Of a stretch of 64,000 bases of DNA, positions 1-13,233 are shown piece by piece. The notes under the pieces are model-generated. The model was not told the DNA's origin. It saw only the letters and a list, made by a program, of their open reading frames with translations, and did no database searches. Origin of the DNA: Macrostomum lignano (lineage: Eukaryota); NCBI GenBank assembly GCA_002269645.1, contig NIVC01003501.1:1623-65622 (forward strand), given 5' to 3'. The first letter of the stretch is position 1. Every line of letters starts with the position of its first letter. A program made the translations under genes and the position numbers.

Positions 1-320
1 ACTCAGGAGGTTACTCAGGGGGAGACTGTGGGTTACTCAGGGGAAGACTAAGGGGGAGACTGTGGGTTACTCAGGGGAGACTGTGTTACTCAGGGGGAGA
101 CTGTGTGGGTTACTCAGGGGGAGACTGTGGGTTACTCAGGGGGAGACTGTGTGGGTTACTCAGGGGGAGACTGTGTGGGTTACTCAGGGGGAGACTGTGG
201 GTTACTCAGGGGGAGACTGTGGGTTACTCAGGGAGAGACTGTGGGTTACTCAGGGGGAGACCGTGGGTTACTCAGGGGGAGACTGTGGGTTACTCAGGAA
301 GAGACTGTGGGTTACTCAGT
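1..320. repeat. 22-24 bp minisatellite (GTGGGTTACTCAGGGGGAGACT)
   Basis: Tandem copies read directly; the array runs off the window start. Confidence 0.95.
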
Positions 321-728
321 AGGCTACTCAAGGAAGCAGTAGACTGCTCGGGAAGGCTTTAGACTCAGGGGCCTTTGGATTGCAAGTTTATGGCACTTCC
401 TCAATTGCTTTTATAGCCATCCTAGCAGTCTACCACCCAGTCAAAGCATCCGTGTGTACCTTTGAAGAGGGACGGCTTGTTCAAGCACAGACCATCGAAC
501 TCTCCATTTGGTGCCGTGGTAGAGGGCGCTGCAATGAGCCGCACAGGGGTTTGGATACTAAATGGAATTAAATAAAACAGTTTACAATGTGCCACATGCC
601 TGACAAACTTTGTACGAATTCTGTGGGTAGTTGAGCAGTTTTCCACAATATTTTTCGCGACTGCAATAACAAAAGAAGACTGCAAAAAGCTTTCAATTAG
701 TGAAGTTTTTCTTCGTTTCAACTGGTTT

Positions 729-838
<110 letters not shown>

Positions 839-1251
839 GGTCTGGTCGAGTCTAGCTCAGTTGCCATGGTTACAGCTCTTCTCTCGGCCTCTTGTGCTTA
901 ACGTAAAAAATAGAATACGAGCCACATTTATAATATCATTTAGGAGACTTGGAAATGAAACTGCAATTTATTTGCTTATTTTGCTCATTTTATGGCCCAC
1001 GGCGGCTGCAGCGGGCTGCCTAGAGATGGGCTTGAGGCAGCAATGAATCGTTGCACCCAATTTTGAGCCTAATCGTATTAACACAGGAAATAAATTCTAT
1101 TACATAATTGCTAATTTAACAAGCTAATTTAATATGCAATCAGACAAGTCAATATTGTTTTAGATCTATTGATAAATATATTAACTTTTCAATTTGGCAG
1201 CGTGTCGATATTTACTTTTGTCTCACTTTCGAAACGAATTAGTACTTAATG

Positions 1252-1822
1252 CCCTCAAACCTCATATCCCCTCAAACCTCACGTCCCCAAACCTCATATC
1301 CCCAAGCCTCATATCCCCAAACCTTATATCCCCTCAAACCTCATATCCCCTCAAACCTCATATCCCCTCAAACCTCATACCCCCCCAAACCTGATATCCC
1401 CAAAATTCATATCCCCAAACCTCATATCATCAAACCTCATACCCCCTCAAACCTCACATCCCCAAACCTCACATCCCAAACCTCACATCCCCAAACCTCA
1501 CATCCCCAACCTCATATCCCCAAACCTCATACCCCCTCAAACCTCATATCCCTCAAACCTCATCCCCAAACCTCATACCCCCTCAAACCTCATATCCCTC
1601 AAACCTCATATACCCTCAAACCTCATACCCCCAAACCTCATATCCCCAAACCTCATATCCCCTCAAACCTCATATCATCAAACCTCATATCCCTCAAACC
1701 TCATATACCCTCAAACCTCATACCCCCAAACCTCATATCCCCTCAAACCTCATATCATCAAACCTCATATCCCCTCAAACCTCAATCCCCAAACCTCAAT
1801 CCCTAAACCTCATATCCCATCA
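1252..1822. repeat. ~16-17 bp minisatellite (AAACCTCATATCCCC[T]C)
   Basis: Degenerate tandem copies; explains the PHIP/SNLI ORFs. Confidence 0.95.
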
Positions 1823-3295
1823 TATGAGGTGACTATGGCCTTTCACGACCCTCAGCGCGATAAAAAAACGAGATATTTGCTCTAAAGGCTGTGAAATGAG
1901 AAGTCAGTCTGTGCCATAGAACTCCACCTCGCCTGGGTGTCTCCTTTCCATCCTAGCAACAAAAATGGCCTGGGCAGTTCTGCGTGCTAAAACAGCTCTT
2001 ATTAGCAGAACAATTTTAAACAGCTCCCAGCATTCTAATTTTCTCAGGCACCAATTTTTGCTAGTTTTTGGTTCCCTCTCTCCCAGTTCCCACTCGTTGC
2101 CAATGGCAACGAAACAAAATTTTTTTGACACTCAGACTCCGCCACTGGGGCCGGTGAGCCCTCAATGCATTGCTCCCGAGATTCTCAGACCCCCCTTCGT
2201 ATCCCTCGCCCGCAGCTCCCCGGTCCTTGCCGGAAGTGCTTCGGCCGGGAGTGCCGGGGCTGGAGACGGCATTGAAGAATTTTTGCCCCCAAAGAGAGCA
2301 AAATCTGATGTCGCAGAGGCTGGAACCCGATTTAAAAAAAGCTATTGAGCTCCCCATAGCCTCCGCGTGCGCCACAGCCACAAAAGCTTGGCTCCTCAGG
2401 CTCCGTCATCATCACCCTAGCCATCACTTTTAATGGGCTAGCTTTGGGCAATAAAATCTTTTTGGTGAGCCAGCGCCTTGCAGCTTAATAATACTTCTTT
2501 TTTGGGGCCTTTTTGCGACTGAAAAGACTTGAAAAATCAATCACGGGCCAGAGTGGCCCAGCCGGTGGGTTCATTGCAGATTTTCAATGGCAAAATCTCG
2601 CACTAAAATTGATTCCACGGGGGGGTCCGTGCGGCAGTGGGTGACACGGCTGTCTTAGCAGGGCCAGTGGGGCAACCCTTCCGCTCTGAGCCCGGCGCGG
2701 TCATAATGAAGTCTTGGAGGTGAGCTCCTTCTGAGAGGCTCATCTCACTTGAGCAGGAACTGCACACACACAGAGATCTATTCTTTAGCATCAACTAGAA
2801 TAGGTAGAGAGGCTTGAATCGCACAGCACAATATCAATGCTTTAATCCCACAGTAAAATACCGATAGTCCCTGATCCCCGCGCAGAATTTTATGCCTAGC
2901 TAAGAAAAAAAATAAAAGCAAGTTTAGTCTTGAAGAAGGGGAGAACTGAAAATTTGCAGCTGCTTTTAGCTGTCTCTCTCTCGCATTGTGCGCGGCCAAG
3001 GGGTTGCTCTGTTTTCTTTCAAAAAAGGCAGTCTTAAATAAGCTGTTTTCCTGTCCAGTGCTTGACCAACCTCTCGATTCTCCGGAGCTCAACAACTTGC
3101 TGGCTTGTGGCCTTCTGTTTGGCGGAATATTCAGCCACAAATATTCTTATATCCCTTTATCCCTTCTGCAAAGCAGTTTTTTGACTTGGCTATTTTTCCT
3201 GTTTATCCGTCCAAGGAGATCTGGAACTATAAAGTCTGGAGTCAGTGGCGCTCCAGGAGTTTTAAATACCCTGAGTGGCGCCAATATTTGTTGTC

Positions 3296-3565
3296 TTGAT
3301 TGGCGCCGTCTGTCTCTTGGTTGGCGCCGCCTGTCTCTTGGTTGGCGCCGCCTGTCTCTTGTTTGGCGCCGCCTGTCTCTTGTTTGGCGCCCCAGTCTCT
3401 TGGTTGGCGCCGCCTGTCTCTTGGTTGGCGCCCCCAGTGTCTTGGTTGGTGCCCCCAGTCTCTTGGTTGGCGCCGCCTGTCTCTTGTTTGGCGCCCCCAA
3501 TCTCTTGGTTGGCGCCCCCAATCTCTTGGTTGGCGCCCCCAATCTCTTGGTTGGCGCGCCCCTGT
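3296..3565. repeat. 21 bp minisatellite (TTGGCGCCGCCTGTCTCTTGG-like)
   Basis: About 13 tandem copies. Confidence 0.9.
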
Positions 3566-4037
3566 CTCTTTCAGTTACAAGAAAACTAAAACAGCTTTAA
3601 TGTCAAAAAAATTGTTCAAGAACCCCCAGTCTTAGGGAAGAGAGTCACTCAATTCCAAGTTCCACTTTTAGCTGTCCTGGGCCAAAAAATTTCCCCTCAA
3701 AAAGAGCCTCTCAATTGTAAATTTTATAAATCGATCTCAACTCGATTGCGGTGGCCCGTAGGGGGTAGGGGTTGGTGGTGCAAACTTTTTTCTAGTAAAA
3801 TTTTACCCCATGCAGAAAAGCACGCCTCTTTTATGCTGCCTTACCAGTAGATTCCATTGAAGGAGGTTCAGTGCAGATCCACCTCTCTCTCTTTCTCTCT
3901 ATCTCTCTCTTTCTCTCTGCCATGGCCGATCTGACAATTATTAGAATTTCACATGCTACAAAGACTGCTTCGCTCTCTGCGACTGCGGAAGTCATTTGGT
4001 GGCGCCATGGCAACTACTTCGAATTGTCTAACTCGTA

Positions 4038-4865
4038 TATGAGAATAATCAAACTAGCATATGAGAATCATCAAACTCCTATATGAGAATCATCAAACTT
4101 GTATATGAGAATCATCAAATGAGAATCATCAAACTAGCATATGAGAATCATCAAACTCCTATATGAGAATCATCAAACTTGTATATGAGAATCATCAAAT
4201 GAGAATCATCAAACTAGCATATGAGAATCATCAAACTCCTATATGAGAATCATCAAACTTGTATATGAGAATCATCAAATGAGAATCATCAAACTAGCAT
4301 ATGAGAATCATCAAACTCCTATATGAGAATCATCAAACTTGTATATGAGAATCATCAAACTCGTATATGAGAATCATCAAACTAGCATATGAGAATCATC
4401 AAACTAGCATATGAGAATCATCAAACTCGTATATGGGAATCATCAAACTAGCATATGAGAATCATCAAACTCCTATATGAGAATCATCAAACTAGCATAT
4501 GAGAATCATCAAACTAGCATATGAGAATCATCAAACTAGCATATGAGAATCATCAAACTCCTATATGGGAATCATCAAACTCCTATATGAGAATCATCAA
4601 ACTCCTATATGAGAATCATCAAACTCGTATATGGGAATCATCAAACTCCTATATGAGAATCATCAAACTCCTATATGAGAATCATCAAACTAGCATATGA
4701 GAATCATCACACTCGTATATGAGAATCATCAAACTAGCATATGAGAATCATTTAAATTTTATATGAGAATCATCGTCGACATGAGAATCATTAATATGAG
4801 AATAATTAATATGAGAAAAATCTTGGATGAGAAACCACAGATTTGAGAATCATCTATGAGAATCA
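4038..4865. repeat. 22 bp minisatellite (ATATGAGAATCATCAAACTAGC)
   Basis: Tandem copies; a truncated unit recurs every ~80 bp in the first third. Confidence 0.95.
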
Positions 4866-5220
4866 CACAAGATAATAACAGTTCTCACCACTGCCTGCGC
4901 TGCTGAGGCTGTCACCGCCGCCGCCGCCGACGCCGCTGTTGCCATGACAACTAGTCAAGTCCACCGCCTCCTGCTCCCTAGTGCACAGATTCAGCGGCTG
5001 ATCTTCATCCCATTCGTCTTGGACGTCGGCTTTGTCGGAGCTGCACAGATTGTCGAGTCGCTTCCTTTTGCACTCCGGGGGCGGCAGAGATTCAGTTGAA
5101 GGCGACCCAGCTGGCGGCGGCTGAGGCGTCGCTTCACCGACAACACCTTCCGGTGTGACAGTTCGCGACAATTGCAAACGCCGGCAGATGTCATCCAGCA
5201 TGAGGGTGCGGCGCATGATT
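4863..5220 (-). CDS. probable coding exon of an unidentified nuclear/transcription co-regulator-like protein
   Basis: GC-rich ORF preceded by a CAG acceptor (5221-5223); contains KRKR and PLNLC/AVDLT motifs; upstream exons not found. Confidence 0.4.
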
Positions 5221-5671
5221 CTGTCTCTAGCTGTACTGGAGCCTGACCTCGGTGGAGTGACTGAGTCTGCCGAGTGCTCACTCTAGCTGTACTGGATGGA
5301 GCCTGACCTCGGTGGAGTGACTGAGTCTGCCGAGTGCTCACTTTATAGAACAAGCTTCTTATAATACTATCAACGCTACGAAGTGTTGCAGCCCCAACCA
5401 ACCAAAATTATTTTATTTCTACGGTAAAAAACGCAAGGCATTGTTGGACCCTCCTGACAGCTGATTGGCTGGTGCCAGGGACCTCCTCGGTCAGACTTGG
5501 ACTTGGACTGGAAGCGACACAATACGCTCGTAAAATCGGAATCAAATAGCCATCGTATATAGGATTGGCCAAAAAATGGAGCACAATTAAAGTATAGATT
5601 TCTTATTAAAGGGGGACTTGCAGTTTTTAGCATTTAAAAACTTTTCAACTATTAACAAATTATTTATTAAC

Positions 5672-6511
5672 CTGATTGATCCCATCATGATCATTGATCC
5701 TATCATTGATCCTATCATCGATCCTATCATTGATCCCATCATTGATCCCATCATTGATCCTATCATTGATCCTATCATTGATCCCATCATTGATCCCATC
5801 ATTGATCCCATCATTGATCCCATCATTGATCCCATCATTGATCCTATCATTGATCCCATCATTGATTCTATCATTAATCCTATCATTGATCCTATCATTG
5901 ATCCTATCATTGATCCTATCATTGATCCCATCATTGATCCTATCATTGATCCTATCATTGATCCCATCATTGATCCCATCATTGATCCCATCATTGATCC
6001 CATCATTGATCCCATCATTGATCCTATCATTGATCCCATCATTGATTCTATCATTAATCCTATCATTGATCCTATCATTGATCCTATCATTGATCCTATC
6101 ATTGATCCCATCATTGATCCTATCATTGATCCTATCATTGATCCCATCATTGATCCCATCATTGATCCCATCATTGATCCCATCATTGATCCCATCATTG
6201 ATCCTATCATTGATCCCATCATTGATCCTATCATTGATCCCATCATTGATTCTATCATTAATCCTATCATTGATCCTATCATTGATCCTATCATTGATCC
6301 TATCATTGATCCCATCATTGATCCCATCATTGATCCCATCATTGATCCCATCATTGATCCTATCATTGATCCCATCATTGATCCCATCATTGATCCCATC
6401 ATTGATCCCATCATTGATCCTATCATTGATCCTATCATTGATCCCATCATTGATCCCATCATTGATCCTATCATTGATCCTATCATTGATCCCATCATTC
6501 ATCCCATCATC
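5672..6511. repeat. 12 bp minisatellite (ATCATTGATCC[C/T])
   Basis: About 70 copies; a variant unit recurs at ~5861, 6041, 6245. Confidence 0.97.
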
Positions 6512-7383
6512 TACCCCCCTCTGCCCCATCCGCATCCCTTGCCCCACTGCCCCTCTTCCCCTGCCACCTCTGTCATGTTCCACGGTACCTGAGATTAAGA
6601 GCCGTTGCGGGTCCTCCAGTCCAGATATTCAAAGGTCCCTGATTCAGTTTATTAGTTGCTGCTGTCGCCTACGCTTAGCGCAACAGGCTTTGTCTTTGAA
6701 AAATTTTGCTTTCTTAATAAAATAAACGCGAGTGAATTTTGCCTCAGGCCTGTGCATTTTTAAAGGTTATTTTTCAGTGAAACAGGCTGCCAGCACACAG
6801 CTGAGAGGTATAAATAACACTGCCCACTCTATGGATGCTGCTCTTTCATGTTTTCCTTCCGTTGTTGTTTTTAGTGTTTTTCCTTCCAACACTATCAATT
6901 GTTTAGTTCAAGTTTAAAACCTCTGACCATCAGATGGCGAACGCTTAAAACACTCACATTTATCGGTCATACATTTCATGAACCTCTAGGGGTCATTTAA
7001 GTCATAACAGATTAAGAGTAATACCAGATTAATGGTCATACTAGTCATGCTCCCAAGGATCATAGCTCGTACAAGGACAACTTAAGTAGAAGGACGCAAC
7101 ACTCGAAATCTATGGTAAAAGTTTTGAAGGCCACTTTTCGCCGAAAAATACACTACGGAGATAGGGAATTTCACGATTTTCAACACTAAAACAGTGATTG
7201 GGTCTCTTAACAGTGTCAGAGAAAGTTCTAATCACACTATTTTGTGCCTCACATGCTGCTCTAACGACGCGTTAATTGATTAATCGATTGAATGCAAAAA
7301 ACGTTTAAAATAATGACAAGACCAATTGGATCATAGGTCATAACACTTGTAGAGGTCATATGGATCATAACCCGCCTACGGGA

Positions 7384-7770
7384 GGGGGCCGTGTAGCCCA
7401 GTGGTCAAGCGCGGCGCTCTGGTGTGCCAGCGGCCCAGGCTCGATTCCAAGTGCAGTCAATATTAATTTGGAGCTAAACTGGAATCTCGGCTTGGCTCTG
7501 CTCGTGCAATTAACGCCATTGAGAGCCAACCCCCCAAGGCACAGTGAAGTGTACATGCCTAACGATAAATAAAGCTAGGGCCGCTGTACACTCCTGTGTG
7601 TGTGTGCCTGTGCGTATGACTGCGTACGTATCCGCGCGCTTGTGTGCCTGCTCAGGGGAGTCGGCGGAATGGGCAGCAATGCCTCTCGCCGGTTGTGTGA
7701 CAATGTCGCTTAAAGTGCGCCGGGTATACACAGCCCCTTGACTCTAATAAAAAGTAATAAAAAAACAAAA
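7384..7770 (+). mobile_element. tRNA-derived SINE, family A, copy 1
   Basis: A box TAGCCCAGTGG, B box GGCTCGATTCC, A-rich tail; homologous to 28053-28384 and 60154-60523. Confidence 0.9.
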
Positions 7771-7802
7771 GCCTGCACATGGATCATAACCTGCCTAAGT
7801 GT

Positions 7803-8255
7803 CTTGACTCTTATAGTCATAACCCAAGGGTCACATGGGTCATAACCCGCCTGAGAGTCACAAGAGTCATAACCCGCCCGAGAGTCTCATGGGTCATAAC
7901 CCGCCCGAGAGTCACATTAGTCATAACCTGCTCGAGAGTCACCTTGGTCATAACCCGCCCGAGAGTCTCATGGTTCATAACCCGACCGAGAGTCTCATGG
8001 GTCATAACCCGCCCGAGAGTCTCATGGGTCATAACCCGCCCGAGAGTCTCATGGGTCATAACCCGACCGAGAGTCTCAAAGGTCATAACCCGACCGAGAG
8101 TCTCATGGGTCATAACCCGCCCGAGTGTCACATGGGTCATAACCCGCCCGAGAGTCTCATGAGTCATAACCCGCCCGAGAGTCTCATGGGTCATAACCCG
8201 CCCGAGAGTCTCATGGGTCATAGCCCGCTTGAGAGTCACGTATGGATCATAACCC
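7803..8255. repeat. 27 bp minisatellite (GGTCATAACCCGCCCGAGAGTCTCATG)
   Basis: About 16 tandem copies. Confidence 0.95.
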
Positions 8256-9867
8256 GCCAGCCACCAAAGCGAAATGTCTTTGTCTTGAAAATGGAAACTC
8301 TTACGCAATTAATGCGAGTCAAATACTTCTGGTTGAATTCAAAAACCTTTTACCAGCGTATATAACCGTATTTCATTTTCTAAGAAAATGTTACCACCAA
8401 TGTTACCAAAATTTACCACCGCGGCAACGGCAAACCTCTGGAATTTGTGAATTCCAATTGAAAAATATTCCCCAGGGATCCATTTGAAATCTGCACAGCT
8501 CTGGGACTGCAAAATATTAATGGGTAGTGGGGGGGGGTAAATTTTGGGCTGGAAGTGGCTGCTGACGCTGCAACTTCTTAGCCCTTCGTGTTTTTCAATA
8601 GAAACAGCAAGTAAAAAGCAAACTGTGTCAGCAAGAAGGCAGATACAATCCCTGCAAGGCGCGCCTCTTCTGGCGCCAATCCCCCACCCTCTCTCAGACT
8701 CCATTCAGATTGGGGATGTGGGTAGGGTAGGGTGGGCGGCCTCTTCACCAGGAAGTTGGTGGCATTTCCTCCCCAGATTTGTTATAAATTGTCTCCTTCG
8801 CGCGGGAGGTGAAACACCCCCGGCTCCGCGGCTGCGGACAAGAAACACGCGAAGGATAAAAGACGTTTCTAATAGTAAAAGAGACTTATGCGGATAGGGA
8901 AAATGCAGACAAATTTGCCCCAAAAAACAGCAGCAAGAATCTGTGGAAATGCAATCGCTCGATTGGGGTGACCCGCAGCTTTTTGGACCCATAAATCACC
9001 AGACACCCGGTGGCTGCACTTAAGAGTTGGGTGGGGGGGGGGCAACTCCCAGAGACCTGATGAATTGATGGCACTGGCGAACTGATCCGCGCGTCTGCTC
9101 TCTCTCTCTCCGGTATTCCGCGCGCGTATTGGGTAAAATCGAGCCGGAATTTCCAGGAAACAACTGCCGCCTCCTCCGCCTCGATCGGTAAGTGTCTCCG
9201 CGTGAGAGCAACTTCAGCTGAACAAAATCAAGTTTGCCGTAGCTTTGGTGCTGCTTTTTTGTGAAAGAATCGCAGCAGCCCATTAAAATCCAGGCGTATC
9301 TGCCCGTGGCCTTTCCAGCCCCCCCCCCCCCAATTCGATAGCCTGTTTTGCTTCGCGGCTGAAATATTCTGCAGAAGAATCAAACATATAAGAAGTGAAA
9401 TCTGCTTCAACTGGTGGCGTCATTTTTCTGCTTCCCGTCTTCCTCGAATCGTGACAAAAAAGTGTTGCACGGATTTGATGCTTGGGGGAACTGCTGGGTT
9501 CATCCGGAACTCGATAAGGCCAAAGCGAGGCTGTGCGGTGCGACTGGCGAATGCATTATGATTATGACTCCTCCAACAGCAGACAAAGAGGAGGAAAGCA
9601 TGAAGACCAAAAAACCATATCATTTCTGTCAAAAAATTAACTGCCTTCCCTCATTTGCATCGATTTGCTAAGTTAACTACTGACAGTAATATGTGCGCAT
9701 AATTCTGCACTTCACTACTACTGCGAGCGTAGCAATACAAGTACGAGCGCGTATATGGAAATGGAATTACATTTTTAAATCACGTAATCTATCTAGTATT
9801 TATGTCTACAACCTTGTCTATATCTATATTTGTGTCCATATCTACAACTATATATCTATATCTATAT

Positions 9868-10598
9868 AGAGGAAAGAAGAGAAGAGAAGAGGAGAGGAAA
9901 GAAGAGAAGAGAAGAGGAGAGGAGAGGAGAGAAGAGGAGAGGAGAGGAGAGGAGAGGAGAGGAGAGGAGAGGAGAGGAGAGGAGAGGAGAGGAGAGGAGA
10001 GGAAAGGAGAGGAGAGGAGAGGAGAGGAGAGGAAAGGAGAGGAGAGGAGAGGAGAGGAGAGGAGAGGAGAGGAGAGGAGAGGAGAGGAGAGGAAAGGAGA
10101 GGAGAGGAGAGGAGAGGAGAGGAGAGGAGAGGAGAGGAGAGGAGAGGAGAGGAGAGAAGAGGAGAGGAGAGGAGAGGAGAGGAGAGGAGAGGAGAGGAGA
10201 GGAGAGGAGAGGAGAGGAGAGGAGAGGAGAGGAAAGGAGAGGAGAGGAGAGGAGAGGAGAGGAGAGGAGAGGAGAGGAGAGGAGAGGAGAGGAGAGGAGA
10301 GGAGAGGAGAGGAAAGGAGAGGAGAGGAGAGGAGAGAGAGGAGAGGAGAAGAGGAGAGGAGAGGAGAGGAAAGAAGAGAAGAGGAGAGGAGAGGAGAGGA
10401 GAGGAGAGGAGAGGAGAGAAAGAGGAGAGGAGAGGAGAGGAGAGAGAGGAGAGGAGAGGAGAGGAGAGGAGAGGAGAGGAGAGGAGAGAGAGGAGAGGAG
10501 AGGAGAGAGAGAGGAGAGGAGAGGAAAGGAGAGGAGAGGAGAGGAGAGGAGAGGAGAGAGAGAAGAGGAGAGGAGAGGAGAGGAGAGGAGAGAAGAGG
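9868..10598. repeat. (GGAGA)n polypurine microsatellite
   Basis: About 730 bp of almost pure purine on the + strand. Confidence 0.97.
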
Positions 10599-11030
10599 AC
10601 CACCCGAGGGCCGGTTAGAGAGAGGCTTTGCGGGCCGCATTAAGCGGACAAGTGGCCCAGGATCAAGGCAAGCTGCGACAGAGGGGCCCAGGTCTCACTC
10701 GCGAATTTACTCGCCGCTAACGCAAAAGTGCTCCATCGTGTGCAAACACGAACGAGTAGCGCTTCCTTGTTAGCATTTTCCACTTGCAGCTTCCCCGAAA
10801 GCTATTACTGCGATAGTGATGAGCTATTATTCAATACTTGAGGCGCACCCGTGCTATAAAAAACTCTTGCTTCTGCATTTCAGTCCTGATAGCTCTCCGA
10901 GAATATTCCAGCAAGAAGCTTTATCGACATGTTATCGAGAACACAGTTCCATACGAGCGTACTCGTAAAATCGAAGTTGTTTACACTGTTTCTCAAACAG
11001 AAGGGCTGAGTTATTCGTCTGAGTGACTGT

Positions 11031-11983
11031 TCACGGGAGAGATGCAAAGAACTGGGAAATTTCTCGCTCTGTCATGGAGGCATTGGCGATGGCTACGGCC
11101 TTGACGGTGGCTTTGAGGAAGTCTCCAGGATACCGGCGACCAACTTGAATCACGTAGCAGGGCCTGGGCGACATTAGGTTCGAGTACTTCGTCACGACAA
11201 AGGAGCCATTGAAGTAGAGATTGCAGTTCCTTTCAGACCGGCTCACTCCAATGTCGATCCAACTTTCCGCATTCATCGAAGCACATTGGAAGTTACAAGT
11301 GCTTCAGGAACATTGTAGTACAGCAGTCCTGGATTGTCGAATTCCCACAAATGCGGACCCCATGTTGCCAGTCTGTCGCACTGGCCGGCCTCCATGAACG
11401 GCTGGACTCTCGGCTGCCTCTTCAGCCGCAGCAGCCAGGTGAAGGAGCCCCCGTTCACTACGTTTCCCACATCCTCGGTCGCCGCGTACGAAGACGCCCC
11501 GTCGAACTTGGCTCCGTCCTCAGTCCAGTCCACGTTCTCGCTGTGCAGCCGGTAGTTGCTGGGCTCGGCCTGGCACACGAGGTTGTCGAACCGGCTGCCG
11601 CCTCCTGCCAGCCACGCAGCCACAAAGCGCGCACCGACCGACTCGGAGCAGCTCGACAGAGACGAGAAGCGGTACACGCTGCACCGGCTGTCGCTCGGAG
11701 ACTCGGTCGCGTTGCGGGCCTGAATGTGCCGGCACACCGTCTGGTAGCGGAAGAGGCAGCACGCAGCGGTGCGCTCATTCCACTGCGCAACCAGGTCTCC
11801 GGGACTGGCGCCCGCCTTCATCATGCAGGGCGCCACGCTGGGCGCCTTCCAGCAGCCTTGAGCGACGGTCTCGTTGAGGCAGCGGTCGCCGAGTTTGCAC
11901 CACTTCGTCCTGCAGCCGGCGGAGACGGCTGTAACCACGAAGGTCAACAGAAGAATGACGCAGAGCCTTGAAGTCATCTTCAT
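11031..11983 (-). CDS. intronless secreted protein: Cys-rich N-terminal region plus LamG/concanavalin-like domain, split by a 1-nt frameshift at ~11275
   Basis: Signal peptide MKMTSRLCVILLLTFVVTAVSA; ~12 Cys; LamG_3-like motifs FDGASSY, GGSFTW, W..IGV..LYFNG, IQVGRR..F.ATVKAVAI..ASMTEREISQ. ORF 11273-11983 and ORF 11031-11276 overlap in ATGA. Confidence 0.75.
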
Positions 11984-12439
11984 TTTTGTATTAAGTAGAC
12001 TTTTACGTTGCTAATGGTGTGCTTATTTCTTGAGTGATAAAATTCTCCTTATTTAAACACGTAATGCGAGTGTATTTTTCCTGTTTTAGTCAGCATATGT
12101 ACACTGCACAGGTATGAAAGCCATTGGTTGTTGGCTATCGGACTTAAACAAGTGTAATAAAAACATTGAAAAATGCTGTCATTGGATACGATCGCGAGTA
12201 GTTACTCATCAGTGATGGTTTTTCGATTCTACAATGTACGCAGCTGCCACAACAGAATATACACAGAATGCCGATTCGAGCATTTTTTTTAAAAAATCGG
12301 TGCAAGAATTGAAATCACACCACGATTTGGCATTCTGTGTATATTCTGTGGCTGTCACTTTGTGGCCGATTTCAGCTCCCTCAAAAGACGTCTCTCTATC
12401 AGGGATGCCAATACGGAATTCCGGGAGAGCCAAAAGAGT

Positions 12440-12890
12440 GCCAACTGGGAGGCCAAGTGCCTGCTGTTTCTGCCCTGGTCTGGTCTCTGGCGGCCAACTC
12501 GTGAGGCGGAGGAGGCTCTGGTGGCTGTCTACCTGCAGCGGCAACAGGCCGCTGTTGACAACGCCATTCAGGCCGTCACCGCCGCTGGACCCGACGCCAA
12601 ATGGTGCGGGGTCTGGTCCGTCATCAACGCTCTGACCGGGCGGAAACTGCGCATCCCGCTCAACCTGGCTTGGCGATACTCCGGATGAACGCCATCGTCA
12701 ACGCACCGCCGCCCCCGCTGCCAAACGATCTGAGGCTGCCGCCGGGGACGCCGTTGCCGGCAGAGGAGAGTTTTAATGTAGCCCCAGTCAGCACAGCCGA
12801 CGCTGTGATGCTCGCCTTGAGGACACCGGGCGGCAAGCGCTAGGTCCGGACGAGTTGCCCATGGAGGCGCTGCGACTCCACTTTGTGGCT
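12440..12890 (+). mobile_element. degraded non-LTR retrotransposon ORF2 fragment (region just upstream of RT)
   Basis: Frameshifted peptides ...VWSVINALTGRK... and ...LALRTPGGKR*GPDELPMEALR resemble the LINE K-x-GPD pre-RT motif. Confidence 0.6.
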
Positions 12891-13040
12891 AGCTAGGTCG
12901 CCAGGATTCTATGTTAATTTTTTATTCCAGCTGAGGCGGCTCCAGCGTGTTTGGCTACGCCGATCTCGCCCTGCTGTCCTCGACCTTCGAGGGCGCCCAG
13001 TGCCAGCTGGACCGGCTGGTGAGCGTTGCAGCGAGCGGTT

Positions 13041-13233
13041 GGTTGTAGGAACGCCCCGAAGACGTATCCAATTCATTCTTGATCCTCTTAGAAGCTCGTT
13101 TCTACAAAAACAGTGAATCTAATAGAAAGTCTTCTACTCATTATTTACATGTATTATTTATTCATTTTGTAGAAACGAGCTTCTTAGAGGATCAAAAATG
13201 AATTGGATACGTCTGCGGGGCGTTCCTAAAACC
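13041..13233. mobile_element. ~190 bp fold-back element/MITE with ~70 bp inverted arms
   Basis: 13041-13110 is the reverse complement of 13165-13233 with 4 mismatches, around an AT-rich spacer. Confidence 0.75.

Noticed and set aside
1-320. Telomere-like G-rich repeat
   Set aside because: The unit is 22-24 bp and contains no TTAGGG.
1830-3830. Mixed-composition region with short ORFs (also 8480-9410)
   Set aside because: No recognisable domain, splice pattern or terminal repeats; probably old repeat remnants.
5587-6725. DPII, GSMI and SLIP repeat ORFs
   Set aside because: A stop-free 12-bp repeat gives ORFs in four frames; no coding context.
7384-7455. tRNA gene-like heads here and at 35890, 38542, 60450
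   Set aside because: No complete cloverleaf or acceptor stem; they are SINE heads followed by shared bodies.
9789-10773. ERRG and SSPLL ORFs
   Set aside because: (GGAGA)n artefact.
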